64,000 nucleotides of DNA from Eledone cirrhosa. Its lineage: Eukaryota. This document shows, in pieces, positions 24,929 to 38,783 of this stretch. Position numbers and translations under genes: made by a program. The stretch's first letter is position 1, and each line of letters starts with the position of its first letter. The DNA lies in the NCBI GenBank assembly GCA_964016885.1, contig OZ024741.1:376340001-376404000 (forward strand), given 5' to 3'. Below the pieces are notes generated by a model. It ran no database searches and was not told the origin of the DNA. It saw nothing but the letters and a program-made list of their open reading frames with translations.

Positions 24929-27900
24929 TATACATGTACATGTATATATATATATATATATAAGAGCTTCTACAGGAATAGAACTGTTTCATTCGTGAGA
25001 AACCATCATGTATTGAGTACCTTACTTACTGTGGTTACCTCCGATTCAACCCGGGATAAAGTTGGACTAAATAAACAGCCTTTTCCCAATTAATAAACAA
25101 TTATAATAAATAAAATATATTTTGTAACTGACGACGATAAAGTATAGGCATGAACATCTAAATAGTCTTCATAAATTAATTCGGTAATATTTAGATTTAA
25201 ATTTATTTTAAAAAAGGGCATTTTAAAACGGCAAAAAAAAAATTGTCATAACCTTGTATAAAGATCAGTATTATACTGTTATACGGCGTTGCTGAAATAT
25301 AGAGGGGTGAATTGGAAAATAATCTCCTTAAATGTATTTGCATTTTTTTCCAGCTCTCAACGTCCTAATCTGAGAGCAAATCCCAATGAGGTTAATTTGC
25401 TTTTATCCTTTCAGTCTCGAAAGTAAAGTGTCCGCCCAGGGGCGATGGGTTGGCGTAACTATTAAATCTGACGGTTTGTTGTGCAAACCTGTCCAGGTGT
25501 TTCTCCCCGAAAATAGTGTTCACACTTCTGCCAAAATTGCAAGCGGCATATAATGTTTGCAATAGATCGACCAATGAAAACATAGTTTCCTTGGTAAGTC
25601 TTGAGGTTTGACACATGTACGTTTTACAATTTAATATAACTCGCAACCTTATACATATCAATCAAATATATTCGTATTGAGATGGAAATAAAGAAAGAGA
25701 ATATGCAGTTGCTATGCATGATAATTGAAGTGAAATTCTATATGCAATCTTTGGGAAGAGCGGCATATCGTTTGTAGAGATTTACTGATTCTCATTACGG
25801 AAAAACATCGACGATGAAAGCTAAAAAACATTTTAAAATATTCAGAAGTGATCGAAATATAAACCTTTTAGTAATATACAACTTTATGGACAGAAGTAGA
25901 ACTTCTAAAATACCTATCACCAGTATACATTACCACAATACATATTAATCCCATTTATCACCAATATCAAGCATCATGTAGATCTAGACAATCCATAACT
26001 AGTAAAAAATATTTTTGACGTATGTGAATCTCGGAAACCATATTCCATTAGATGAATAATCAATACAGAAAACATAACACATATCCATCATATTTAAGCT
26101 TAAGAAATGCGCATATTTTTTCCCGCCAATCTGAATTTATAGATATATTATTTGAGGAAGACAAACACAATTTCCAACACATATCTCTCGTTCCGTATTT
26201 TTGCTTTTACTGGGGTGGGAAAGTGGAGAAAATCACATTCATTTCATTCGAGGATGTTCGTTGTAGCTAGCCTTATTGAAAGTTGTCCTAGTAAACATTA
26301 GACGATTCATAATAGTTGATTCTGCGTTGGTTTATCTAAAAGCATTGAAAAAGATTTCTTGCTACATACTAACATTATTTATTCCATGTGTTGGTTCGCT
26401 AACTGAATACTGAATCCACTCGTGATTTCAATAGGAACATTGTTAACTGAACTATTGGCTTTCTAGTTTATAATCAAGAATTGCCATCACGTAGATTCCG
26501 TATTATTCAACTGTTCAAAGAAAAATCTATAGTATTGTTTTGTTTCCGTATTTCGTAGGATTGTTTAAGGTAATACAACAACACGGGATCTAAATTTTAT
26601 TTCTGATAGTAGAATTCTTAAACCGGCTTATAAAAGGATAAACGTAATGCTATGTCCGATTTCTCATTCATGTTATTCCAACGTATCTCCTGACCACAGC
26701 CAACAGCATTTACTCATTATCCATCCATTCAACAGACGTGCTTGTGCACTTAACAAACGACTAAAATACATTTCAATTATTTCCTCTATTGTTGTCCTTT
26801 GAAATTCATTTTACCATTATGCATGGCGTTTAAATAAAAGTTGGGCAAATATCAATTACATGCATAGAAACGCACTATCACAATTCATATGTATTTTCAT
26901 TGAGCTTTTAGCCTTACATTTGATGAATTATAAAATATTTCGAAGCATATTGGAATATTGTGTACTTCAGAAGATATTTCTATGTATTAAGTTATCTACA
27001 TACATTAAGATATCTATTCATTTCTCGGGTACAAATTAATGCAGCATGTTATTAAAGATTCCAGTAGTCAAACACATAACGTTTCAGCACTTCTTAGAAA
27101 AGAGGTTTTCTAATGGAAGTGGAGTAGTTGGAATAGTTTTACTCTTCATAACTAATTTGAAACTGTATGACATAATTGTCTGTACTGCCTTATTGTCTAT
27201 TATTATCATTATTATACTCGAATGTGACAGAAAGTATCTACACACTACTATGTAGTGTTAAAAATAGCAGGCAAGCCACAACGTATCGTTAAACCACATC
27301 CTGTTATCTTCAAAATAGTAAGAACTCTATGAATAATGTAGTTCTAGATGATATTATGACTGAATAATAAACGGAATTGTCATGGTCGGGAAGCCTCTTT
27401 ATCAGGGTGGACATGGGTCTAGTAAACAAAAACAACATACATTTGCAACAATAAAAGCAACACTAAAGACAACAAGAAGTAAAACTATATTTTTGTCTTC
27501 TTCACCACTGTTATTCAAATCAATAATATAATGCATAATATCATTAGCTCCACCAGACATCTTTCGCTTGCATTAATGAGGCTATTCACTATTTCAACCA
27601 AAGTTTCCTGAATATTATTTCATTCTTTGTACAAATCAGATAGATATTTTCCATTATTTTTCATCGTTCCGTTGTTATATATGACATAAAACACACAAAA
27701 ATACAGATTAGAATAACGCAAATACCATTTCTGTATTTTATTGATACTAAATTATAGAGGAAAGTTAAACATCAAAATAACATCGAAATAAACAATCTAT
27801 TTTATGTTCAGGGTATTGGAGTTTAATGGTAGAGACAATAGATACCGACCTAAGTCATTGAAAGTGGCAAAAATGGCCATGGGTTTCGAGTACATGAAAA

Positions 27901-28326
27901 ACACGAGAGAGCTCAGGGAATCGCCTCTGATAACCGTGATCATAATATGTTCACAATAAAAAATGATAACCGTTCATGTTCGCAAAATCGTGGCTTGCTT
28001 AATATTTAAAAAAAAAAACAAGACAAATAAACAACTATCAAAATGCTTAGAAGTAGCGTACCACCTTCCATACGGTGCTTGCACAGATATTGTAAGTATA
28101 ATGAAATTAAACAAATGATTTAAATGGTTAAATCATACTTAATTACTTTCAAGTTTGGGTGTTGCTACAATAAAACATATCAGGTATGTAGTGAAGTACA
28201 TCCAACTGAAAACAGCTTCTAAACACATTAAGGTAGGCGATTTTCTTGGAATTCCGGGTATTAGGTTAATAATATGAATTTTACAATCAGTTCCTTTAGT
28301 CAGCTTCTATGGGGATTGAAGCTCAC

Positions 28327-28443
28327 ATCCGGCAAACTGGATCTAAGGATACTGGATTATCAAACGGGCATTTTAGATATTTTGGTTTGAACATACTACT
28401 GCATCCCACCGTCACCTTAATCCATATTACAGTGTTAAGATCA
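28327..28443 (-). CDS. Possible isolated 117-bp internal exon of an unidentified host gene
   Basis: ttgcAG acceptor, GTGAG donor, length a multiple of 3, open frame DLNTVIWIKVTVGCSSMFKPKYLKCPFDNPVSLDPVCR; no recognised domain. Confidence 0.25.
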
Positions 28444-30030
28444 CTGCAATTTAAGTATCTTAAATATAGATATATAGGAATATAGGTGAAACGAAACGAA
28501 GAGCTCACCTCATGATGACAACATGCGGCGCTCCTCATTAATGAAACTAAGGAATATAGTATGTCAAGCGTATTAATTTCTTTACATATTATCATGTACT
28601 TGAAGTTTCTGCTGTTTTAGTAGAAACGCCTATGACGTCAATAACCGTTCATTGCTTTACAAACACACTTACCTAACTGTTCACAGTATAGCAAATACAT
28701 GCATTCATGATATTTTCTCTATTTTTTCCTAATATTCTACACAGAATTATGGCGCATTCTGTTCTTTTTAGATATATTAACTTTACCAGACCACATTAAA
28801 AAGCATTACAAATATTCTGGAATAAATATTTTAATAAAATAAGTTTTAAAAAATATACGCAACAGTTTTAAAATGTGTAAATACGTTTATACCTCTAGAG
28901 AACAATACAGCAAGCCATAAAGTTGACACAAAATAACAACACGACACACTTTTATAATATTGGTTGAAGCTATTTACACTCCGCTTGCAAAACTATGGCA
29001 TTCACGTCACATAAAATTGAATTTCGTCATCTTCTACTAAAATATGAGACATTTGGGGAACATTTTTAAAAAAGTAATGTATGAAATATATTTACATTCT
29101 GTTTTATTCCTCGATAGCTCCACAGAATGAGAAACCAATGAGAAAGAAAATTGATTTCGTTTCCTTCTTGCAATCGATTCTCGTATCTTATTGCACTAAG
29201 TCCACTAAACGCTCATTTTTATTTCATTGAGAAACAGGACATTTTAATCAAAAAGGTGAATTTCCTAACACGAATATTGCCATACAAATATTTAGATAAC
29301 AGCAGATTTAATATATAAATTCCATACAATTGGAAAAACTGAAGTTGTATACAAATAAACACAGTGGTGAGAGCATTTCGAAAATGATATATTCTTCGAT
29401 CCAATTTAGCAAAGAGTAGGTAGCAAAATGTCTAATGTTTAGCTTTCTCCAATGCGAAGGCTTTTGGACGGGTTGTTACAGGGTGAATATCTTCTAGCAA
29501 GCTAAGGTTGCTATATTAGGTTGATAATAATGAATCTGTACACGGCACTTATCTTTCAGTCTTGCAATATCTGAAACGTGTTTCCAGAACGTGTAAAACA
29601 TGATGGTTTCAATTAGACAAGGCTGCCCTCATGGCAGTCACCTAGTATGCCACACACATTGAAAGGTGCTAATCTCAACCCTATATTCAAGAATTCTGTT
29701 TGGAAAGAATGTGTGAATTATCGTAGGATTTAACATCTAGCTATATCCCGGAGAATTCTGGCAAGATTAAATGACTGAAAACAAAATGTATAGTAATGCT
29801 TCAACCGGACATGAAATGTGGGTTTAGAAGAGGTTTTGATATGACCAAACCTACGCAAAACTTGACATGACATTATATAAAGGAGATCCTTGCAAAACCA
29901 CACAAAACAATACGAAACAATTCATACTATGATACAAGTCACACATGTATATCTACACAGACTTAGATGAATTCACACACTTTGGTATATACATACAGAT
30001 ATACATGCATACATGAACATACATACACTC

Positions 30031-30117
<87 letters not shown>

Positions 30118-30124
<7 letters not shown>

Positions 30125-30481
30125 ATACTTGGGGATGGCCATATTTGTGTAATATTGCCAGAATTAATAACAGAAAACACTCACTGTTTGGGTGGTTTTC
30201 GCTTTTCGCCGCTTCTGTGTCTTTTATATCGGTAATCTAATTTATTCTGTCCTCAATGTTGCCATTGACTGACCGGGGGTAAAAAATAATATAGATACAA
30301 TATAGACAAAAACACATATATATAGTTTATCAGAGTTCTTTCGTTGCACATCTGCAACATCGTCAGTGGTGCTATTGTTTCCTCCCGTTGCATTGTATGT
30401 CTACGCCATACACAAATATGACCCTCCCCAAGTGTAACAGTATTTGTTTCGACACACGATTTCATATAAAAAACCTCGCAA

Positions 30482-30486
<5 letters not shown>
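30118..30486. mobile_element. Non-autonomous HHR element with 5' inversion (ATGGCGTAG...HHR...ATGACCCTC family)
   Basis: Minus part (30118-30408) and plus tail (30409-30486) together match the colinear copy at 52667-52997; (TA)n on both sides. Confidence 0.75.
30322..30375 (-). ncRNA. Minimal type I hammerhead ribozyme
   Basis: AUAGcacCA-CUGACGA-u GUUGCA gaug UGCAAC-GAAA-GAAC-UC-UGauaaaCUAU. Confidence 0.7.
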
Positions 30487-30515
<29 letters not shown>

Positions 30516-30564
30516 TAATAAAGTAATGAATAAACAAAGAAACAGTTCCTTATCTTAAAAAAAA

Positions 30565-30706
30565 TCATCATTTTACGATCGTTTCTAGAATATATATGTG
30601 TTAGTGTTGGTATGCATATTCTATAGATCTATGTAAAATATTTATACAAACTATCAGAGGGAATATACATACCTACACATATATATGCTGTCTTCAGAAA
30701 TAATGA
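30565..30706 (-). ncRNA. pLTR hammerhead with ~105-nt stem II region
   Basis: Reverse complement of 37047-37188. Confidence 0.65.
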
Positions 30707-31396
30707 TATTTGTTTATTGAAAAAAAACAAAGATTTAATACAATAGGTCTGTTTGGTAACAGGTTTTGAATTGACCAATAGAAAGATAGTGAAGGTCAAG
30801 ATAGTAATATAGTAGTAAAAGAACCTTAATGTATGGGTAGAGGAAGGTAGATTACATTTTTGGATGGAAAAGAATATTATGAATGAAAGATTATTTTAGG
30901 GATTAAAATAGGTCGTATGCTGACCTCAGAAATAATTATATTTGTTCATTGAATAAAACCAACAAAGATTTAATATAGGCTGTCTGTTTGGTAACAGGTT
31001 TAGAATTAACCAATAGAAAGTTAATAATTGGCCAAATGGTAAAATAGTAGTAATTGAAGTTTATTTTAGGGGTAGAAGAAGGTAGATTTCAGTTTTGAAT
31101 GGAGTGTGAAGAATGAGGAGGTTATTTTAGGGGTGAAAATAGGTCAGGTCAGTAAAAAGTATACGAACAGTTGCTGTTATAAAATAGTAATGCGAATGCA
31201 AATATCTAAGGAGACTAAACTTTTACGATAAGAGTGTTAGTAACAAAATTCCTCCATGAAAAGAATATAAATTAATTTAATTGATGGGTATATTTATATT
31301 GATAAAATTATACTAATGCATATAGATATGATAAATAAGAGTTAGATGTAGTTGAAGAGTGCTGTTAAAGATGAGGGGAAATTAAAAGAATATAAA

Positions 31397-31441
<45 letters not shown>

Positions 31442-31446
31442 CATAT

Positions 31447-31479
<33 letters not shown>

Positions 31480-31782
31480 CATATATATATATACACATAT
31501 ATACATATATATATACACATATACATACATACACATACATATAATTATTTGGGGGGGGGGGTTAAATATATTAGTGAGAAATAATAAATATATAGAGACT
31601 TCAAGGAACATAGAGTCATAACCTGAAATTAAAGCATTATATATGTTTACTTAATGGTATCAGTTTTAGGAAATGATAGTCGTAAGAAGGAAAGTAAAAT
31701 TATGTAGTTCATCAGTAGTAGAATATTAATTATAGGTTAACTAAATTAAAAACAGTTTATATATTAATTTCTAAAGTGTATA

Positions 31783-34237
31783 TTAATTAGGTTGATAATA
31801 TTTAAAGGTTTTTCTCAGTTTATGATTACACGATATTATTAATTCCTGTCGCTTATTTAGTAGGATATCCTTAGATTTCATTATTTCAAAAAGTTCTTGG
31901 GAACATAATCTACATTCATATCTATTATTTTGATAAGGGGTGGCCCTTTTGAACACACTCCAGGTCAGGTCATTATCTATATTCCTCTTTCTATAATTAT
32001 TAATTATTTCAGCTAGAGATGTTGTATTAGCTAGTGCGGCATTTTTAAAACTATGTTTGTGGGTATTAAATCTTACCTTAAAATTGTTAGAGGTAGCTGC
32101 TATATATGAATAAATTGAGTCCTTAGTGTTAACTTTACATTTATATACTATGTTATTAACAAGGCAATTTCCTTTTAATGGGCAGTTTGCCTTGTTTCTA
32201 CAGTTACAACTTTTCGTGAATCCTGTATCCGAGGAGATATTATGGTTAGTTTGATGTACTGGTGGTATACTCATGGTTTTTTTACATTTATATGCATTGT
32301 AGGCACTTATATTTTGTTTTATGTTTTTGGTTGTTGAGTAGGAGAATTTAACCGTTGATCTATTTAAAATTTGATGGTATTTGTGGTTTGGCGGGAAGTT
32401 CTTCTCTAGGATATTAAAGAATTTTTTAGGTATATTATCCTTAATTTGTAAATTAAATGGAGCATTATACGAAGTAACTCGTCTATTACAGTTTCGATGT
32501 TGTTTATTGTTTTTATAGGATATATCTTGATGTTTATTAAGAGAATTATTGTTAATGACTTCACCACACACATTTTTAGTTAGATTTATTGATTTAGGTG
32601 TTTTAGCTTGTTTATTAGGAGTTTTATTATTACCATTTATTAGAGTTGTAGGATGAGTGGTTTTTTGAGAGTTACTATATTGTATATTAGAAGAGTTAGA
32701 GAAATTTGGTTTTATGTTGGTATGTTGGGGTATAGTGTGAGTGGCATTTAGGTGTGTATGTTTCATTTGTTGTTTGTTGATAATATTAGGTTGTGTCTTT
32801 GTAGTGTTATTGGTACAAGGTATATATACTAATTTATTTTTGTGGCCACTTATAGCTAGAGCTTCGTTATAAAATGTCGCATTTTTATCAAATACATCCT
32901 GGTTAGACGAAAGGTTAGAAATTCTAAGTGATATATTATATGCAAGGTTTTTAAGGATTGATTTAGGGTGATTAGATTGTGAGTGTATGTAGTGTAAATT
33001 TTGGTTAGGTTTATGGTAAGGTTGGTAGATACCCGTAGATAAGTCTAATGTTATATCAAGGAAATTAACTACTTTACTTGTGTTTTCAAATGTAATATCT
33101 AGACTATAATAGTCTTTGAGGAAAGTTCTAATAAGCTTTTTATTTTTTTCTATCTCTGAAAGGCTAAGGTTATAGGAAAGAGGAAGACAGTCGTCACGAT
33201 ATAAACCACTTTTAAGGTGGGGAAAGGAAGCATTTATGTTGAAAAGAAGAAAGAGGCCCACAAGATCAGTAATTTGGGCAGAATCGCATGAGCCCATAGT
33301 AATATCGAATAGATTACTATATGTGTTTCTGGTCCAGTATTCATTTTGAAATTCCAATAGCGTTAGTCTGGCATGTGTAATAATATTAATGTCAACCAAA
33401 GTTAAGTTAAATCTATTTTTAGCAAATATCAAGGCTTTGTTCAGGAGTATAGGTGATATAGAATAATAATAATTATCTATATCAAATTGTAGAAATGAAG
33501 CAGAGGATCTATTTCTAATATTATTAAACCAGTTAATTACCTGGGATGTGTTTTCCCAGAGTGGTAAATTAACATGTTTTCTTAGTTGTGGGATGACTCT
33601 ATCTAAAATTGTTTTACTAATGATTCCAATATCAGATTTGGAAGGGCATATAAGCCTTATAGAAGGATTAGAGTTAAAGTTAGATTTATGATCTTTCAGG
33701 TCGAAATGTTGTCTTTTCAGTGCCAATATTAAGTCTATTCACTATGCTGTGTGTTTTGTTGTTGATGTTTGTAAGTGATGCATTGTTTGTTTTTCTATAA
33801 TTCTTCCTGAGTTCTTTATATATGAACTCATTGTAATTTTCAATATCCATGTGATACAGATTTCCAGTTTTGTCCGAGTGGACACGGATTATTTTAGATT
33901 TTTTTAGATCCAATAGGGTAGAATCAAGATCCTTTTGAAAATTAGATGTATACCTCTTAAATTTGAGGTGTTTGATTAAATTAGAAATGTCTTTCTCAAA
34001 GTTATCAAGTAAGGAGTTGTGTGGTGGATTTTTATATGTAGTGAAATCATATAAATACTTCTTATCAGTACATTTTGTTTTTTTATCGAAGTGGTAGGGC
34101 CTCCATCTGACCCTTCTGATAAATTGATTGTTTTTTTGTATCATAAGAAGTAAGAAATCATCCTTAGAAGGTAATGGTATATTCTTTAAAGAAGTTCCCA
34201 AATATTGTTTTTCCATTGTGATATGGATAATGGACAA
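31783..34237 (-). pseudogene. Penelope-like RT plus GIY-YIG endonuclease ORF, one frameshift near 33700
   Basis: SLKNIP N-terminus, LKDHK, FDIDNYY, MGS, LYRDD, FLDI, CNC-x5-CP-x3-C, IVY..YIA, CRLC, CNH. Confidence 0.9.
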
Positions 34238-34564
34238 GAAAAAGAGCTCAACTATTTATATATGGAGTTATAAAGTTATACACATATATATATATACATA
34301 TAACTATATATACACATACACATACATATACATTCACAAAAATAAGAATATTCCCATAAAAATAGGAGCAAAGTATGTAGATAAATCTAACAAAAATTCA
34401 CGGTAGTGTCCAATCCGTATGAAGAACTCAATGTAATCCGGATATCATGAAAAGAGAAGATGCATTCAAAAACTATTTTCGGTGAAAATTAACGGAAAAC
34501 AGAGTCAAGATAAATTAATAAAGTAATGAATAAACAAAGAAACAGTTCCTTATATTAAACAAAT

Positions 34565-34706
34565 TCATCCTTTTACGATCGTTTCTAGGATATATATGTG
34601 TTAGTGTTGGTATGCATATTCTATAGATCTATGTAAAATATTTATACAAACTATCAGAGGGGATATACATACCTATACATATATATGCTGTCTTCAGAAA
34701 TAATGA
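34565..34706 (-). ncRNA. pLTR hammerhead with ~105-nt stem II region (upstream pLTR)
   Basis: Same motif as 37047-37188 with one stem I mismatch. Confidence 0.6.
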
Positions 34707-36318
34707 TATTTGTTTATTGAAAAAAAACAAAGATTTAATACAATAGGTCTGTTTGGGAACAGGTTTTGAATTGACCAATAGAAGGATAGTGAAGGTCAAG
34801 ATAGTAATATAGTAGTAAAAGAACCTTAATTTATGGGTAGAGGAAGATAGATTACATTTTTGGATGGAAAAGAATATTATGAATGAAAGATTATTTTAGG
34901 GATGAAAATAGGTCGTATGCTGACCTCAGAAATAATTATATTTGTTCATTGAATAAAACCAACAAAGATTCAATATAGTCTGTCTGTTTGGTAACAGGTT
35001 TAGAATTAACCAATAGAAAGTTAATAATTGGCCAAATGGTAAAATAGTAGTAATTGAAGTTTATTTTAGGGGTAGAAGAAGGTAGATTTCAGTTTTGAAT
35101 GGAGTGTGAAGAATGAGAAGGTTATTTTAGGGGTGAAAATAGGACAGGTCAGTAAAAGGTATACGAACAGTTGCTGTTATAAAATAGTAATGCCAATGCA
35201 AATATCTAAGGAGACTAATATTTTACAGTAAGAGTGTTAGTGAAAAAATTCTTCAATGAAAAGGATATAAATTTATTTAATTGATGGGTATATTTATATT
35301 GATAAAATTATACTAATGCATATAGATATGATAAATATGAGTAGATGTAGTTGAACAGTGCAGTTAAAGATGAGGGGAATTAAAAGAATATAAAAATAAT
35401 ATATATATATATACATACATATACACACACATACACACACACATATATATATACACACATATATACATATATATATACACATATACACAGATACACATAC
35501 ATATAATTATTGGGGAGGGAAAAGTTAAATTTATTAGTGAGAAATAATAAATATATAGAGATTTCAAGGAACATAGAGTCATAACCTGAAATTAAAGCAT
35601 TATATATGTTTACTTAATGGTATCAGTTTTAGGAAATGATAGTTGTAAGAAGGAAAGTAAAATTATGTAGTTCATCAGTAGTAGAATATTAATTATAGGT
35701 TAACTGAATTAAAAACAGTTTATATATTAATTAATAAAATGTATATTAATTAGGTTTATAATATTTAAAGGTTTTTCTCAGTTTATGACCTGGAGTGTGC
35801 TCAAAAGGGCCAGCCCTTATCAAAATAATAGATATGAATATAGATTATGTTCCCAAGAACTTTTTGAAATAATGAAATCTAAGGATATCCTACTAAATAA
35901 GCGACAGGAATTAATAATATCGTGTAATCATAAACTGAGAAAAACCTTTAAATATTATCAACCTAATTAATATACATTTTAGAAATTAATATATAAACTG
36001 TTTTTAATTTAGTTAACCTATAATTAATATTCTACTACTGATGAACTACATAATTTTACTTTCCTTCTCACAACTATCATTTCCTAAAACTGATACCATT
36101 AAGTAAACATATATAATGCTTTAATTTTAGGTTATGACTCTATGTTCCTTGAAGTCTCTATATATTTATTATTTCTCACTAATAAATTTAACTCCCCCCC
36201 CCAATAATTATATGTATGTGTATGTATGTATATGTGTATATATATATATGTATATATGTGTGTATATATATATATGTATATATATGTGTATGTGTATGTG
36301 TGTGTATATGTATGTATG

Positions 36319-36357
<39 letters not shown>

Positions 36358-37046
36358 TTTATATTCTTTTAATTTCCCCTCATCTTTAACAGCACTTTTC
36401 AACTACATCTAACTCTTATTTATCATATCTATATGTATTAGTATAATTTTATCAATATAAATATACCCATCAATTAAATTAATTTATATTCTTTTCATGG
36501 AGGAATTTTTTCACTAACACTCTTATCGTAAAATTTTAGTCTCCTTAGATATTTGCATTGGCATTACTATTTTATAACAGCAACTGTTCGTATACTTTTT
36601 ACTCACCTGACCTATTTTCACCCCTAAAATAACCTTCTCATTCTTCACACTCCATTCAAAACTGAAATCTACCTTCTTCTACCCCTAAAATAAACTTCAA
36701 TTACTACTATTTTACCATTTGGCCAATTATTAACTTTCTATTGGTTAATTCTAAACCTGTTACCAAACAGACAGACTATATTAAATCTTTGTTGGTTTTA
36801 TTCAAGGAAAAAATATAATTATTTCTGAGGTCAGCATACGACCTATTTTCATCCCTAAAATAATCTTTCATTCATAATATTCTTTTCCATCCAAAAATGT
36901 AATCTACCTTCCTCTACCCATAAATTAAGGTTCTTTTACTACTATATTACTATCTTGACCTTCACTATCTTTCTATTGGTCAATTCAAAACCTGTTCCCA
37001 AACAGACGTATTGTATTAAATCTTTGTTTTTTTCAATAAACAAATA

Positions 37047-37188
37047 TCATTATTTCTGAAGACAGCATATATATGTGTAAGTATGTATATTCCCTCTGAT
37101 AGTTTGTATAAATATTTTACATAGATCTATAGAATATGCATACCAACACTAACACATATATATCCTAGAAACGATCGTAAAATGATGA
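37047..37188 (+). ncRNA. pLTR hammerhead with ~105-nt stem II region (inverted pLTR)
   Basis: UCAUUAUUU-CUGAAGA-cagc AUAUAUAUGUGU...ACACAUAUAUAU ccua-GAAA-CGAUCG-UA-AAAUGAUGA; 9-bp stem I, palindromic stem III. Confidence 0.7.
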
Positions 37189-37396
37189 ATTTTTTTAATA
37201 TAAGGAACTGTTTCTTTGTTTATTCATTACTTTATTAATTTATCTTGACTCTGTTTTCCGTTAATTTTCACCGAAAATAGTTTTTGAATGCATCTTCTCT
37301 TTTCATGATATCCAGATTACATTGAGTTCTTAATAGGGATTGGACACTACCGTAAATTGTTGGTAAATTTATCTACATATATATATATATTTTTTT

Positions 37397-37604
37397 TATT
37401 TATTAAAATAACAGATTCAAGTTTAAGCAAAGAATCGCTGCTTTTACTGGTAACGTATCTTCTGAAACACAAAAAAATCAATCTGTGAACGCAGAGTTAA
37501 ATATTTCGAAAAACGTTGCAGACGAAGTAAAACATATATATATTTGATATATATTTATCTTTATCGAGCCCTCTTTGGATTTTAGTCTCCAAATATATTA
37601 TTAT

Positions 37605-37647
<43 letters not shown>

Positions 37648-37743
37648 GTAATAATATAAATTTGAAGACTAAAATCCAAAGAGGGCTCGATAAGGGTGAA
37701 AGCAGCGATTCTTTGATTAAACTTTAATCTGTTATTTTAATAA

Positions 37744-37746
<3 letters not shown>
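37397..37746. repeat. Nested inverted repeats (37397-37446/37695-37746 and 37561-37610/37645-37693)
   Basis: Direct reverse-complement matches; (TA)n at the centre and flanks. Confidence 0.7.
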
Positions 37747-37775
<29 letters not shown>

Positions 37776-37789
37776 ATATATATATATAA

Positions 37790-38783
37790 CTTTAATAATT
37801 CTGATAGATTTCGGCCAGTATTGGCCCAGGCCATGTCTAACTTAATAGCACCACATGGCGAAGTCTTTTAAATCAGGATTTGGGCACCATGGCACACTCA
37901 AGGAGAGAGTTATTGTTTACAGAGGCATACCCAGGTGTAGGAGGTTTATCCGGGATAAAGGAATTTGTCCAAACACTTCTTGAACTTTATGATGTCTGTT
38001 TTCGTTTTAATGTGTTTTGGTGTAATGTTAAAGAGAGCGGGGTCAATTGAAGTGAAATAATTGTGCCGTATTGTTGTTATGAGATGCGAGGGAGATTTTT
38101 GTTGTGGGCGGATAGCACGTGGCCCAGCCCTTGGGTGTACCTTAAAGGTGATGCCTACATCATTTGGGCAAAGTTGATGGAATATTTTCCACATAATGCA
38201 GATAATGTAGCGCTCACAGCGACGTTGGAGAGAATAAAGATTGAGCTTTTCTAATCGACTCCAATAGTCAAGGCCTAGCATGCCATCTATCCTTTTTGTA
38301 ATTGACCTTTAGAGTGCTTCAACATTCATGGTACTTTGTTTCGTGCGGGGAGACAACAGTGGACAGCAGTATTCAAGGTTGGATCGGGCAAAAGTGGAGA
38401 AGAGAAGGATAACAGTGTGGATATCTCTCGACTGGAAGGTTCTGAGAATCCAGGAACACGTTCTGCGTCTATGTCAACTTTGCCGTTTATCTGAGTGGCC
38501 CAGCTTATGTTGTTGTCCACAACTACTCCCAGTTCTCTGATGTTGTTGGATGTCACGAGAGATTCACCTGAAGGGAGAGACTATGTGAATTTCAGGGCTA
38601 TCTTTTTTCCAAAGTGTATTAATTCGAACTTATCCACATTTTGCAGCTAAATTGTTCTTGTCTGCCCATTGGATAACAACCAGTAGGTCTGACTGAAGGT
38701 AAGTGCTGTCACCCACCTCATTGATGACCCTGTGGAGGTTGGAATCATCTGCAAAGATTCTTATGTTGCTGTGCTTGATGACG

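Larger units (their letters stand above)
30511..37378 (-). mobile_element. Penelope-like element 1 (Naiad-type) with direct pseudo-LTRs (30511-31825, 34511-35787) and an inverted pLTR (35785-37378)
   Basis: ~1.3-kb direct repeats bracket an RT/GIY-YIG ORF. The inverted copy starts in the ORF 3' end and runs into the leader. (TA)n flanks. Confidence 0.9.
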
